Shown here one piece after another: positions 37,337 to 51,130 of a stretch of DNA of 51,130 bases; position 1 is the stretch's first letter; each line of letters opens with the position of its first letter. The notes under the pieces are model-generated. The model saw only the letters and a list, made by a program, of their open reading frames with translations. It was not told the DNA's origin and searched no databases. A program made the translations under genes and the position numbers. The stretch lies in the NCBI GenBank assembly GCA_001938485.1, contig MQRK01223292.1, positions 68,725 to 119,854 on the forward strand. The letters are read 5' to 3'. The stretch comes from Girardia tigrina (Eukaryota).

Positions 37337-38916
37337 CAGGGTGACGCAAAATAAACTCCAAGGTACTTTTCTATTGAATCTTTTTATCCACCTACTTTTT
37401 TATAGGTAAAGTATACATTTTAGAATCGTGAACGTTGCCAAATTCTGATGGTATATAAAAAAAATCCAAAAAAAATCAAAAATTAAAAAAAATTTTGAGA
37501 CGAAAAATTTAACAAGCGTTTTTTTAAATGAACTTAGAAAGTTTTACCCTAAAATTTGATTCAAATGACGTATACGGATCAGCAAAAAGCTCATCTCGTT
37601 TTGATGCTTGTTGATGAAGCCTATGATGATGCGCAGCTGAAAACTCGATTCCGAAGTGAAACAAGAAATGGTCGAGCAAAGATTCCGGAAAAAAGAGTCA
37701 TTGTAAAATGGATTGACGATTTGCGAGCGACTGGAAGTGTACATGGAAAGCGCGAAAAGAACAAGTCAAAACGTGTTCGCACCTAAGAAGCCATTGAAGA
37801 CGTCCGTGAAGCCTTTACTGCAAATCCTCATCTATCAACTCGACGCAATCCATTTGTTTCAACTGGCGACACTGACTGCGAAGAAGACGATCACGGAACA
37901 GTTCGTATGTCACAAAGAAGCTTGCAGCGAATTCTGAAAGAAGACTTACATATCCGTCCTATCATTTGCAAAGGGCTCATGCCTTGGCGTAGACCGACTA
38001 TGCCGCTCGAATTGAGTTTGCTCCAACCGAATTGGATCGATTGGATGAAGATGCAAACAGACTCAACAATCTTCTTTTTACGGATGAAGCCAACTTTCAC
38101 GGAAGCGTCAATCGTCAAGACTGGATCATGTGGGCCGATGAAAATCCTCATTCGTTTGATGTTCGTCGACTTCATCCTCAAAAATTGACAGTTTGGATGG
38201 GAATTGGTGTCGAAGGTGTTGTTGGTCCATACTTTTGGGAGCGACAAGGAAATGAGCGCGGAATCAATGGTCGTTGGATGACTGAATTATATGAAGAGCA
38301 CGTTATTTCAGAGCTTCAAACTTGGCCGAATTTCAATTCTCTCATTGAGCAGCATGGCGGCGCTCCGCCACACATTCTTGGAGATTTTCTTGAATTGTTG
38401 GGTCAACAGTTTCCAAATCGATGGATAGGTCGCAGAACACGGGCGCATCCTGCTCCAGTTACATGGCCACCTCGCTCNNNNNNNNNNNNNNNNNNNNNNN
38501 NNNNNNNNNNGGGCTACATGAAAGGTCGAATTTATCATCGCGAACAACGTCCAAGCACACTCGAAGAGTTGAGAGCAGCGATTGAAGGAGTTGCCAATGA
38601 AATCCGTGGAGACCGTGCACTTCGTGAACGCGTTGTGGCCGACTACAGACGGCGTTTGCATGAATGTTTTTTTTGAGATGGAGGACAAGTTAAAATTTGA
38701 TAATTAATTGTTGTTATGCTTTTATGGAATAAAAAGCTTGTTAAATATTTCGCCTCAAAAGTTTTTTAATTTTTGATGTTTTTTTCGATTTTTTTTATAG
38801 CATCAGAATTTGGCGACGCTCAGGATTCTAAAAAATGTATACTTTACCTATAAAAAAGTAGGTGGATAAAAAAATCCAATAGAAAAGTACCTTGGAGTTT
38901 ATTTTGTGTCACCCTG
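37337..38916 (+). mobile_element. rosa/DD41D-type transposon with long TIRs (about 187 bp), inactivated
   Basis: TIRs CAGGGTGAC(G/A)CAAAATAAACTCCAAGG... flanked by TA. Transposase from 37565: TGSV, LLFTDEANFH, W-x3-NPH, LTVWMGI, GPYF, QHGGAPPH (D to G), RWIGR, WPPRS; stop at 37784 and a frameshift near 37960-38030. Confidence 0.93.
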
Positions 38917-40842
38917 TACTAAAGAAAAATTTCTACAACTACAATATTTCTCCGATAAAATATCCTTAAAGCAGAACTAAAATTGTTTTAGGAGTTCTTC
39001 AAGGAGGAAAATTTGGAATTTTTAAATAAAACTTTATTGATTTTTAAGGAGAGTCCTTTCTGCAGCTGGTTTATTTTTCATCAAAGTAATTAGTTAATTA
39101 GTTTTTGATCTTCTTGTGCTAATATTTGTTTGTAAATTAATTATTTATTTGTTAAATTAATTAATTGTTTTCGAATTATTAAGGGGTCTTATTCAAAAAT
39201 ATTTATTATTTGAAAAAATTACAGTCATTTTTAAAAAACTACTAAAATACATGAACGATTTCTAATTTTTCATTATCCATATTACCGGTTTAACAAATTT
39301 TACGAAAAATCAAAACCGGTAATGTAGGTATTGGAAATAAATAGTACCCATGTACATAATTCATTTAGAAGTAATTTATGAATTGAACAACTAAATTCGA
39401 CGTACGTCTACCTTTTTAGAAGCAAATTGTATTGCGTGATGTGAAGAACTTAAAATGACATTGTTTATAATATATAAATAAATAAAAGTTCCTAAAATTC
39501 GCAAAATAACAATAATTGTATGTCTGTTATTTCCGTTTCATTAAAATTGTAAGAAGAAGTTGTCAATTAAAAAGACAAATTAGAAGAAAAAGTTCACCTA
39601 ATTATATTATTGCTTCTAAATAATCTAAAAGTATCGCTAGTCGGCCAATAATGTATTATATTTTTTAAATTCAATAACAATTATTTTTTTTCATTGTCTG
39701 AATGTTTATTTGTACATAAAAAAATTGTTTTATATTTCTTATGAGAAAGTATTTATTTGAACTTTTACTCATTTATAGTTTGAAAAAGAAAAAATAAAAA
39801 GAAAATATAAAAACATAATTTATATTTACGTAATTTAGAGATTTGGCTGAAAAAATGAAACGAATTGTCGCAAATAAATCAAAAACAAATATTTCAAAGA
39901 ACTAAAATAGCCGTATTTCTTTCCCTTTTATCAACCGCCTTCACTACTTTATAGAGTCAAAAAATTTCTTTTCCAATTCATTTACTATTTCCAATTTTAC
40001 TCGTTAATTTCCTTCAGTTACCAATTTTGTTCGGTTTTTTCCGTCAAATTTTTCTATAATACGTTTAATGTAAAAAAATCTTTTCTAGAGGTTTTATCCA
40101 AATTTAATTTATTAAGAAAGATTTTGCATTTATACGTATATACGTATACAAATACGTATACAAACTTTACATTATCTAGAAAGAGATAAATAAAAGAGAT
40201 GTGAGAAATAAGATTTTTATTTGCATTATTAATTATATTCTTTAGATATCTTTATGGTGATATTAAATTTATAAATTTAGTTTGAAAATAAACTTTTTTA
40301 TCTGAAAGAAAATTAAATAAAAATAACCGAAAATATTACAATAATTTAAATATTATCTAAACAATTTGAGAAAATTTAATTATATTTTTCGGATATGCTA
40401 TGAATAATAAATGAATATATTTTTTCATTAAAATAAAATCTTGTATGAAGATAAAAGTTTGTATTTAAAAATAATAGGTTTATTCTAAAATATATTATAA
40501 ATTATTACAAATTTTAAATAAATTAAAAATGAATAAGCTTTTTAAAGCATCATTTATAAAAAAATATTGAATAAATTAATGACTGATAGATTCTTTTTCA
40601 ATAAATCTTTTCAAACTTATAAATTTAATTGAAAAGTAACTTCCTTCCGTAAAATTACGAAAATAAGGAAGAAAAATAAATGTTTTATTTTAAAAATATT
40701 TAAGATATAAAATATGTGGTTATTCTCCTCAAAAATATAACTTTGAAGAAATGGACAATGTTTCTCTGAAAACTCAATGAAGCTTATCAACGCTTAAATA
40801 CCAACCTCTATTTTATGATTTTCTTTACTTTAGAATATAAAT

Positions 40843-41357
40843 TGTGAGGGGTATTGGAATGATGTTTGAATGATGTTGAGTGATTGTTGAATGAGTTTTA
40901 AAATATGTTTGAGACTGGTTGGTTTTTGAAGCATAACATCTCTCATTAGACAATTAATGTCGAATTTAAAAGTGTATATTACAAATTGTATAATAAATTA
41001 ATTGTTATTTAACAATTAATAAAAAATACAATTGTTTTAATCATTGCATGCCCTAGACACTGATTACAGACAATTTTAGTCTTAATAAATCTTGCAATAA
41101 GACTTCGGCTGTTAGTATTTTTAATATGACAACCGACGATAAAAGGACCAGAAATCTGTGATGGAAACGACAACATGTTGGAGAATTTTATCAAAGAATT
41201 CGATAGATATTCATATTTGATAGAGATTCCTGAAGAAACAAAGATGTTGCTGGTAACCGTTTTTTCTTTCACTAGAAGCCAGGGACAAATACAAAATTGC
41301 AGAAGGAGAAAATTATGTAACAAAACTGCGATCGGCTTTTTCAAAAAAAAACGGTGA
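40843..41357 (+). mobile_element. 5' LTR and gag N-terminus of a Gypsy-like element (relic)
   Basis: TGTGAGG start resembles the other LTRs here; it is followed by gag-like 'KGPEICDGNDNMLENFIKEFDRYSYL'. Confidence 0.5.
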
Positions 41358-43476
41358 ATATGATGGGAGAACTCTATCTCTTAAAACTCAATGGAAAAAA
41401 TCATGAAAACAATTTTCAAGCTGGCAGATCTATTAATGGAGAAAATCAGGGCGAAATAAATTGGAAAAAAAGAATTATTCAATGAAGTTTTTGATTGATA
41501 GTTTTAAAATGAAAAAGGAAGTCATTTTAAAGGGCATTTCTGAGGCCAAAGATATTAAAGATGTTGTTTTGCATTTTGTTACGAATATTTCAAAATATTT
41601 TTAATCCAGTTCCCGGTGTCCGCTCAAGCTGCAATTTCAGGCAGTTGTACATTCTCAATCACATGAATTAATTAAATGATAATTTTTATTTATAACCTTT
41701 TTATCAATTATAAATTTATCATAATTACAAACGACCCATCTAAAAACATACTGTAATTGAAATCAGTTTTTAGAATTTAAAATTATTTGTACATTCAAAC
41801 TATATTGGAAAATGAAGATGGTAATTTAATGATATCAGCCCGTATCTCGAAGCGGATGGCAAGATACAGGTACGGCCAGGGTTAATGGTCGAAATACATC
41901 CTAGATTAAATTGTATGTTTTACAATGATTTACAATTGCTTTTAATTTTTCATACAAAAAAAATATTTTATCAAACATTATAATTTCGTTTAAATAAAAA
42001 ATTTCTAAAATATTCAAAATAAAGGAAATAAAAAAATTTGATATCTCAATAATAATTAGTTATAAAAATATTATTTTTATCATATTTTATCTACCTACAT
42101 ATTTTTTGAATGAATAAATCATTCTTATTTTTCATAACGTTCCTCATTTGCTAGAAAGACAAAAAAATAAAAAATGTATTTTGGATTGTATTTTGAATAT
42201 TTTTATTACCAATAATAATAAAATTTTTCATAACTGCTTGACAAATATATATATATAATTTTTTAATTTTAATTTTATTTACTAATTACTAGTTTCACAT
42301 TTGATATTTTTACTTTATGATAACTATGTGAACTTCTAATAAATATATTTTTTAAAATAATTTTAAAATTTATTTTTTTGAAGTACATTTTGAAGTACAT
42401 TTGAAATACACATAAACTGTTAACAATTATGAGTATAAGAAATAGCTAAGACGACACAGAAGATAATTAATGTTACAATGTAGCGAAAGGTAAGTGAATG
42501 GATTAAATAATAAAACAAAATAATATTAATTAATAAGCTGTTTTCAATTTCATTATGTAGACTTACATAACTTTATTAAATAACTTCAAAAAGATTAATC
42601 TGTATTTAAAGAGCAAAAAAAGCTAAAAATCATAAATACATAATAAATGATATTAATTTGTTTTTAAAACAAATTTAAAATTTATTGTGATTATTTTAAC
42701 TGATGTAAGAGATAATTCAATGATGGAAAAACGAAGCGCAAAATTTCTACTTTTATTATCATTATTATTATTATAATTATTATAAATATTATCATATTCT
42801 GCAAGCGAAAGTAGAGGTGAAAAGAAAGTTGAAAAAGGTGAAAAGAAAGTCATTTTAAAGGGCATTTCTGAGGCCAAAAATTTTGATATCTCAAAAATAA
42901 CTAGTTTTAGAAATATTAATAGTATCATATAAGAAGAAAAATGAAAAGAAAGGTGAAAAGAAAAATAAGTCAAAAAAATCAAAAACAACTTGAAAGAAAT
43001 CATAAATTATCAATATAAATATAAAGTTGTTTGAAAATTTATCTCGCCAAATAATGTATTTATTATTATTATTATTTAAAATTTCGGAATACAAAAATGT
43101 TTATGAAAATAATATGTATATTTAAACAAATGTCTCTTTAATTTAATCATTTTGCAAAAACATTTATCATATTTTCTTGAAACTTATTTTTTATAAAATT
43201 TAAATTATAATTGTAAAATCTATTTATGAAGGGATGGTATATGATTTTTTTTATTTTTGATTTATCAAAATATTTTTGTATTCAAAATTATTTCTTAAAA
43301 ATATTAAATATTTAACTCCGTTTTTATTTATTGTAAAAATTTTATTTTTAAAATTTTATTATTCATTTTCGATTAAAATAAAATTATTTTAATTAATCTA
43401 AACTTTTTTTGGTAAATATATATATANNNNNNNNNNNNNNNNNNNNNNNNNNNNNNNNNNNNNNNNNNNNNNNNNN

Positions 43477-43513
<37 letters not shown>

Positions 43514-46019
43514 GATTTGTCTAAAACCATGAAAAAAACTTTAAAGTGGTTACTCTTTTCATTGTCAAACATTTTAATTTTAAATATCAAGTGCAAAATA
43601 AGATTTTATATTTATGATTATAAAGTTATTTTAAATGTTATTTGAAAGATAAACAAATATCTCAAAATAATAATAAAAAATATAAGTAATTTTTAAATTA
43701 TTTTATATTTTTCTACAATTTATATTTTGGCAACTTTTCTATTTTCTTGACAAATATAATCTTGTGATGTTTTAGAGTAAATTTGTAGAGTTAATCCTTT
43801 CGATGTGATAAAATATAAAGTATTTTAAAGAATTTTCATATTTCTTTAATATAATTTCAATATTGTTTTCTAATAAAAAAACAGATAAAATAAAAGAAAA
43901 CCCATTGTGTAATTATATTATACTTTTGTTAATATTTGAAAAATATCTCTTAAAATAAAATAATGAAAATTCACTTTAATTACTTTTTTTCTATTATTTT
44001 AATAAAAAGGCAAGAAAATATAATTTTTTAAAATATTATTTTATTTTAAATTATAAAAGATTTGCATTTTCTTTTAGTAATAAATATTTAGAAATATATT
44101 TTTTATTTTAAAAAATAAATTTACGGTTTCTAAGTATTATTTGATTATACCTCGAACATTTGTTTCAAGACTTCCTAAACTCCACGGAGAATGTGAATTT
44201 TGTTTAAACCTTCAACTCATTAAAACATTTGTGCATATTACACAGGTTAAAATTGCCTCAATTTGTCATCAATTAAAATGTTTTAAGCACGACAATTTCC
44301 AGTAAATTAGTATTGAAAATTCGTTTTGTTTTTGTTAATTGTAATTTAAAAATTTTCTTGTAAAGGTTAATCACATAATTTTCTTTTTTTGTCTTCTTTT
44401 TACGTAAATTAAAAATAAAGATTAATTTAAATAATTATAAATCATTTACAACAGTAAAATAAATTTAACTAGAAAAATATTAAAATCAATATATACACGT
44501 AAATATTAAATATGAAACATCATATGGAAAGAGTATATGACCAATAAGCAGCATAATCATGAATAATTGAGGCAAAAAGACAGACATCTTTAATAAATCG
44601 AGTGAAGTGACTCAAAAAAATATCAAACTTAGTCAAGCAAAGAATGCTCGAAGGTGGTTTTCAGCAGTTAATCGACATTTTGTCAGTTTGGTTCATTTGT
44701 AAACTTGGGTAAGGTGCTCATGCTCAATCGTCATTAAATAATTATGTTATATATTCTCAAAAAAAATGACAGAGTTGGTTGGTATGATGATCATGATCTT
44801 TTTGTACTATTTGGAACAACTGTTAATAGTAAAGTTAATCTTGACCACATCAAAGGCTAATTAATAATGTTATTGATCCTTCCAAAATTGAATTTGTGTC
44901 AACGGTATTCAGGTCTTGCTCACTCGTACTCTTATGTGTGACGAAAATTTTATAATTTAATGACATTTAGATTCATAAGTCTCTGATTCGAAACCCTTAG
45001 AGGACAAATTTACTTCTTCAAACTTGTTTGATGTTTAGATGTTTTACAGAATCTGTGCAAAAAATTGTTTTTTCAATGACAACACGCATTAAAACTGTAT
45101 ATAAATGTCATTGACATGTAAAATTTTAATAATGTTTAAAGTTACCTTCAATCTTTGATTTTAAACAAACGTTTTTGTTAAATTTCAAAAAAATGTACTT
45201 TATCTAAATTTTTTTGACACTATTATAAATAAATTAAAAAGAATTTTATATAACTTATTTAAAAAGATTGAACGAAATAAAATGGACTCCTGAATACTTT
45301 TTTAGATTATGTTACAATTTTTGTCTAATAGGATCTAGAATTTCTAATAAATGATTTTAAATTAAGAGTAGAGAGTTACTTTATATGTTTTACTTGGAAA
45401 AGATGTATAAATAGCTAAGGGAATTATAAATATTGTTAGGAACAAAGTCTTACCTTGCATTGCTCGATCGCTCAATCAATAACAAAATCGGAAATTTTTT
45501 TATATTAATTCTTTAAAACAACAAAACTACTAATTAATTCGAAATTAATAAAAAATATTATTTAAAAATTACTTTCACCAATATATAAAGTAATAAAAAT
45601 GAACTAATTTTTATTTATAAAACAAAAAAATATGGAGATGAAAATTTAATATTTCATAGAAACAGTTTAAACTACAATTAAAATAATCATATTTTTATTT
45701 AATTTAACATCAATATGAGGTTTACAACATTTATTATTATCACGAGCGCATTCACTATTGGACATCTCTCGTGATCAATATATTTCTAAGTTCCTACTAA
45801 TTATTTTCAATAAATGAAAATCTGTTAATAAAAATTATTAATTATAAAGAATCTAGTTGGTTGAAATTAAATCTAAACATTTTTTAAAAAAGAACATATT
45901 AAATTAATATATTAAAATTTTAAATTACATTAAAAAATAAATAATACATTCAAAAATTATTTTAAATCTTTTTACTTTAAAATTAAATTAAATTATTTTT
46001 AATTAGTAGAAATCAAAGA

Positions 46020-49000
46020 AAATATCAATCATCCATCTGTGTAGGAGAGACACAATCCGAATCAACATAGAACATGCACAATATCAACACACAATTAAAA
46101 ATATTCATCACATCCCCCTCGGTTTAAATGACTTTAGCCATTCAATATTTTTAATAAAAGTTCTACCATCTTCGAGCTGTAACTCGTAACTCATTTCGTG
46201 ATTTCGTTTCGACACAATTGCCGGACCCATGTAACAGTCATCTTCTTTTGATGTATTTTCTTTATTTATCAACACTGTCTCCAACTTCAAAAACTCTTCT
46301 TGTCTCCACATTTTGTTTGACATTAACTTGGTTTCCGTTAGTTTCTTTATTGTTTTTCCATCAATGTCTTAATCGTCTCCCAAATATTATTTCAGCCGGT
46401 GAAACACCTGTCGTAGCTTGAACTGTACTATTCAACATAAATTCTATTTCCGACAAAACTTCTGTCCAATCTCTNNNNNNNNNNNNNNNNNNNNNNNNNN
46501 NNNNNNNNNNNNNNNNNNNNNNNNNNNNNNNNNNNNNNNNNNNNNNNNNNNNNNNNNNNNNNNNNNNNNNNNNNNNNNNNNNNNNNNNNNNNNNNNNNNN
46601 NNNNNNNNNNNNNNNNNNNNNNNNNNNNNNNNNNNNNNNNNNNNNNNNNNNNNNNNNNNNNNNNNNNNNNNNNNNNNNNNNNNNNNNNNNNNNNNNNNNN
46701 NNNNNNNNNNNNNNNNNNNNNNNNNNNNNNNNNNNNNNNNNNNNNNNNNNNNNNNNNNNNNNNNNNNNNNNNNNNNNNNNNNNNNNNNNNNNNNNNNNNN
46801 NNNNNNNNNNNNNNNNNNNNNNNNNNNNNNNNNNNNNNNNNNNNNNNNNNNNNNNNNNNNNNNNNNNNNNNNNNNNNNNNNNNNNNNNNNNNNNNNNNNN
46901 NNNNNNNNNNNNNNNNNNNNNNNNNNNNNNNNNNNNNNNNNNNNNNNNNNNNNNNNNNNNNNNNNNNNNNNNNNNNNNNNNNNNNNNNNNNNNNNNNNNN
47001 NNNNNNNNNNNNNNNNNNNNNNNNNNNNNNNNNNNNNNNNNNNNNNNNNNNNNNNNNNNNNNNNNNNNNNNNNNNNNNNNNNNNNNNNNNNNNNNNNNNN
47101 NNNNNNNNNNNNNNNNNNNNNNNNNNNNNNNNNNNNNNNNNNNNNNNNNNNNNNNNTTTTGTCTTGTAAATGTATACAGCCAATTGTTTAATTAACCAGC
47201 AAGCTTTGATTATCATCAATATTTCAGATGACTTTAGTTCCGGAATCACAAATTCAACAATAAATAATTCAAGTGGTCAAGAGAAATGTTTTTTTTGTTT
47301 CAAAAATAATTCTGATAATAATAATTCCTATAACATTAATATAGATACATTTAGTACAGAGTGTGATTTCTTGACAACGAAACCTATTTAGGATTAAATG
47401 AAATAAAGATTTGATATTTTTTGGTAGGAACATATAACTGGCACGTAGTCTAAATTCTCTAAATTCCATTAATGATGACAAATTAATTATTATCATTTTG
47501 TTGTGTTTGACCGATACTAACGTGTAACGATCAATAGTTTACAAAAAACTTTACAACAATTACCAACACACCATAGACGATGAAAAAATAACTACGTATT
47601 AGGTTNNNNNNNNNNNNNNNNNNNNNNNNTTTTAATCAATTTTTAATCAATTTAATATTTAAATCATATTATTTGATGTAATGTAATATGTTATTTAAAA
47701 GTTATTTATTGTTTTGCTCTAAAAAAATGGTGTATTTTGTTTTTGTATTCAGATTAATTTTTGGCGATTTTTAGACCATTGAAATGGAGTGTCAAGTCGA
47801 CAAAAATGAGCATTTCCGACACCATCTATTTTTTGCGTATAATCGAGGCGCCACAGCCGCAGACGCTGCCCGAGAGCTTGGTGCTGTATACGGAGAAGGT
47901 GCTATAGCTGATAGAACCGCTCGTGATTGTTTCGCAAAATTTAAAATTGGCAATTTTGACCTCAAGGATGCACCTCGTTCAGGACGACCAAATGATTTCG
48001 ATGAAGAGCATTTGAACAAACTTTTGCATGAAGACGCGCGTCAAACCACTCGAAAATTGGTGGAAAAAATGGATTGTGATAAAAAAACTGCCGTGAACCA
48101 CATGAAATTAATGGGAAAAGTTCAAAATATGGGAGTTTGAGTCCCACATCTTTTGACTGAAAACAACAAAAACCAGCGATCCACAATTTCGATCCACAAG
48201 ACCGTGCGATTTCTACAAAAGAGGCATAGAAAAACTCGTTGAACGTTGGGAAGAAGTCGTCAACAATGGCAGAGATTATATTTGTGATTAATTTATCGTA
48301 ACTTTTTTGTTAAAAAATAAAATTTTAATTTTTCAAAAAACGGTGGGAACTTATTCCTCAACCCAATACATACAAAAAAAAATAAAGAGAACAAAGTACA
48401 CGCATGGGAAAACATCAAACACAATCCGTTTGCTAAAATGAGGTATCACAGTTTTATAAAATTTAAAAATTTATGTTGCTCTAAAATAATCATGTGTGAA
48501 TGATTAAAATATTCGATGGTTGATTTCTAGTTTCTTAAATCAGAAGTCTTAAATAACTTTAGTGACTGAAGAAAGGTTTTCATCACAAAAAGCAAGACAA
48601 AAAAATTCTTTTTGACATATAAAAGTACAGCACATACAATATATGTAGATGAGATCCAAGAGGATACCATTATATCATTACATTATTCCTTCAATAAACG
48701 GTGATTACTAAGATATCATATATCATTAATATTATATATCATTTCGTATATCCTTGATTTTATCACACTGATTAATTTAATTTTCCATTTCTAGTAACTT
48801 ATCTTCTAAATTATCTTTCATTTTCCAAGTTCACCTGTTTCATTTCTTTTGTTTGAATTTGATCGTTTTGTCTGTTTTCAAAAGTGTTTTTGTTTGGCAC
48901 AACTCTTCAAAAAGTTTTTTTTTCATAAAGGTTTTTTATATGAGTACACAGAACATGGTTTTGGTCATTATTTGCTTTTACTTTCTACAATTTTTGTGGA

Positions 49001-49664
49001 TACTGTTTAAGATGTTTAGCACGTCACACTTTTTACAATTCTTCTCCAAGTCATCGTAATACTATATCATTATTTCTTTTCCGTAATGAAACTTTTTGCA
49101 TCGTACAGTCAAGAATATCACATTTCTATCAAAACATAAAGCACAAACATTTTCGCATAAATAGTATGACCTATACTTCAGGTGTTTGTATCTCACTAGT
49201 TTCAAATTCTACTTTTGGCACATCAAAATTTGGACTCGATTCTTCTCCACTGACAATGACTAAAAATCTATAAACGAGCGGGTTCCTAGTCATAAACTCC
49301 ATTAATTTATCATCCAATTTTATCATGATACAAAATTTACAGCGGCACTGGGCATTACATTAATTAAAAGCGCAGATTGATTTTGTTTGCTATGACCATA
49401 TATTATATTTATATTCATGTCTATTTAAATTTTGAAAAATAAAATTATTTAAACTTTACAATTATAATAAATTTAAATTTATTTGAATTTTGAATAAAAA
49501 AAATATTTGAATATTAAATCAAAATTAGAATAAATTAGTTTTAAATCATAATAATTAAAATATTAATCATCCATTTAATTAGCAGAGACAATCCCAAATC
49601 AACATACAACATTCAAACATATAAACATTACACAAAAACATCAACAGTCCAAATATTCCTCACA
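46020..49664 (-). mobile_element. Degenerate Ty3/Gypsy LTR retrotransposon carrying a nested mariner
   Basis: Integrase C-terminus ATTGVSPAEIIFG...YMGPAIV...SYEL...NIEWLK; purine tract GAGGGGGA immediately before the TG LTR start at 46112; a related LTR start at 49664. Confidence 0.65.
47599..48366 (+). mobile_element. Internally deleted mariner (mellifera-like)
   Basis: MECQVDKNEHFRHHLFFAYNRG...PRSGRP...*VPHLLT is joined directly to FYKRGIEKLVERWEEVVNNGRDYI. Both ends are flanked by TA; the left TIR is mostly in a gap. Confidence 0.9.
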
Positions 49665-50379
49665 ATTTAAATGCCAAAAAATTATATAATAATTAGAAAA
49701 TTCATTGTATTTCTAATTATTATTAATTTGTTTTATATCCATTTCAAATAAAAAACCAGTTATTTTTAAAAATTAATATTTTTAGTAATAATATTTTTAG
49801 AAACAAACAATTATTTAAATATTTAATTGATTTATTTTTATTGTTAAATATAATGTTGAGACAAATTTATTCATAGAAATTACTGTTGTTTCATCTTTAT
49901 TACTTTAAATAATTTTTGTACACTCCTTTAATTGCTCGGCCATATTTACATTAAAGATCAGAGAGGGAAAAAGAAAATTTTAATGAAAGGTGTCTCAATT
50001 TCTAGGAAGAAAAAAGGTTTTAAATGTCACTGGAACTGTTTCGCTGTTTTAAAGTCAGATTACTTTATAATTTTTTAAGATGTTTTAAATTTCTATTGTT
50101 CACATAATTAAAATTAAAAAATTATAATTTCAAAAGCTAAAAAAGTATAAAATAAAATATTTCAAAATTATAATTTGTAGTATGATGAATTTTCATATAA
50201 ATTTGTTTATAATTAAACAATGAAGTTTAAAATTTTATTCAGTTAGTTCCTTATTAATTATAGTTTATTTAATTAAATATTTGTATTCAGGAATTTTTAA
50301 AAACATATTGACTTTCTGGACTTTTGATAATTTAATTTTTGATAATTTACTCGTATAATGAGGGACCTTTTTTGGTTGT

Positions 50380-50520
50380 TTTGAGTGCTGAAACAGCGGT
50401 TCAAAGACTAGGCTATCAAAATGTACAATCAAACCAAAAATTACGAGATTCGTGGACCCCAAGTTGCACCGGACAGTTTTCTCAAATAAGTAGTTCGAGT
50501 TTGAATCGAAATATCGACTT
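50380..50520 (-). mobile_element. Non-LTR (LINE, I/jockey-group-like) RT thumb fragment
   Basis: 'IQTRTTYLRKLSGATWG' matches the LRKL-x-G-x-x-WG motif. Confidence 0.5.
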
Positions 50521-50689
50521 TGAATCAATTAAATTGTTTAAACTTTTACATATTTTTTAATTGATTTTTGAAGTACTTTTATAATAAATATTTCCAAGAA
50601 TATATGTAAAGTCAAAGTAATTTAAATGACATAATGTTTTCTAAAAGAAAATCTAAAATGATTTGAGGATGGAAAACTAATCTGGCTAA

Positions 50690-50815
50690 TAAATTTGATA
50701 GCCAAGGGAGTAGAAACTCGTACATTGGGGAGACAAATTGTCATCCAAAAACCAAGTTTGGTGAGCATTAACAATCAAGTCGATTGCGAAACGTTCTTCA
50801 TCATAGGTTACATTG
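50690..50815 (+). mobile_element. PLE GIY-YIG fragment
   Basis: 'NSYIGETNCH...' followed by a frameshifted EH-like segment. Confidence 0.6.
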
Positions 50816-51095
50816 TAAAAATAGAATATATTCTATTTGAATAAGACACTGCAACCGTTTTAATAAACTTTAAAAATAAAAAAGGTAAAGCCGTTTCAAA
50901 AATAAATCTTTATATAAATTTCTAACACTTATATAAATAACACTTATATATATTTTCCATTAATATATAATAATTTATTAATAATTAAAATAAATAAAAA
51001 AATTATTATTAAAAATTTAATTATAATTATTTATGATAGAATGCGAAATTCAAATAAAAAATATTCAATAATCAATTTCATACAAAAACTTTAAC

Positions 51096-51130
<35 letters not shown>

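Noticed and set aside
41835-41885. piggyBac-like end ...GGCCAGGG-TTAA (also GGGG-TTAA near 17835)
   Set aside because: No matching opposite terminus or transposase found.
41517-42920. Short shared segments (41517-41550 with 42846-42880; about 42030-42070 with about 42876-42918)
   Set aside because: Most likely fragments of an unclassified MITE; no termini could be defined.
45434-45500. Possible upstream exon of the host gene (AG|GTAAG donor on the minus strand)
   Set aside because: The short peptide has no diagnostic features; a splice-site match alone is insufficient.

Overview
Very AT-rich, gapped eukaryotic scaffold, probably a metazoan; a flatworm such as a planarian is plausible from the AT content, mariner load and a 47-nt intron, but this is inference. 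Most of the window is decayed and nested transposons. These include about ten Tc1/mariner elements (several with both TIRs and TA flanks), Penelope-like (PLE) RT/GIY-YIG remnants with minimal hammerhead ribozyme motifs, Ty3/Gypsy LTR/gag/integrase relics and non-LTR fragments. Among them on the minus strand is a spliced host gene that the ORF track largely misses: three phase-compatible Cys-rich (EGF/EB-like) exons plus one or two candidate exons. The main oddities are (1) a Tonsoku-like ankyrin pseudogene abutting an isolated, perfect 39-nt 18S rRNA 3' end, (2) a 187-bp duplication bracketing a PLE tail and hammerhead, and (3) a long-TIR rosa/DD41D-type transposon whose catalytic spacing appears extended to about DD46D. 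No prokaryotic features, CRISPR arrays or tRNAs could be supported. All calls come from manual reading; no searches were run.
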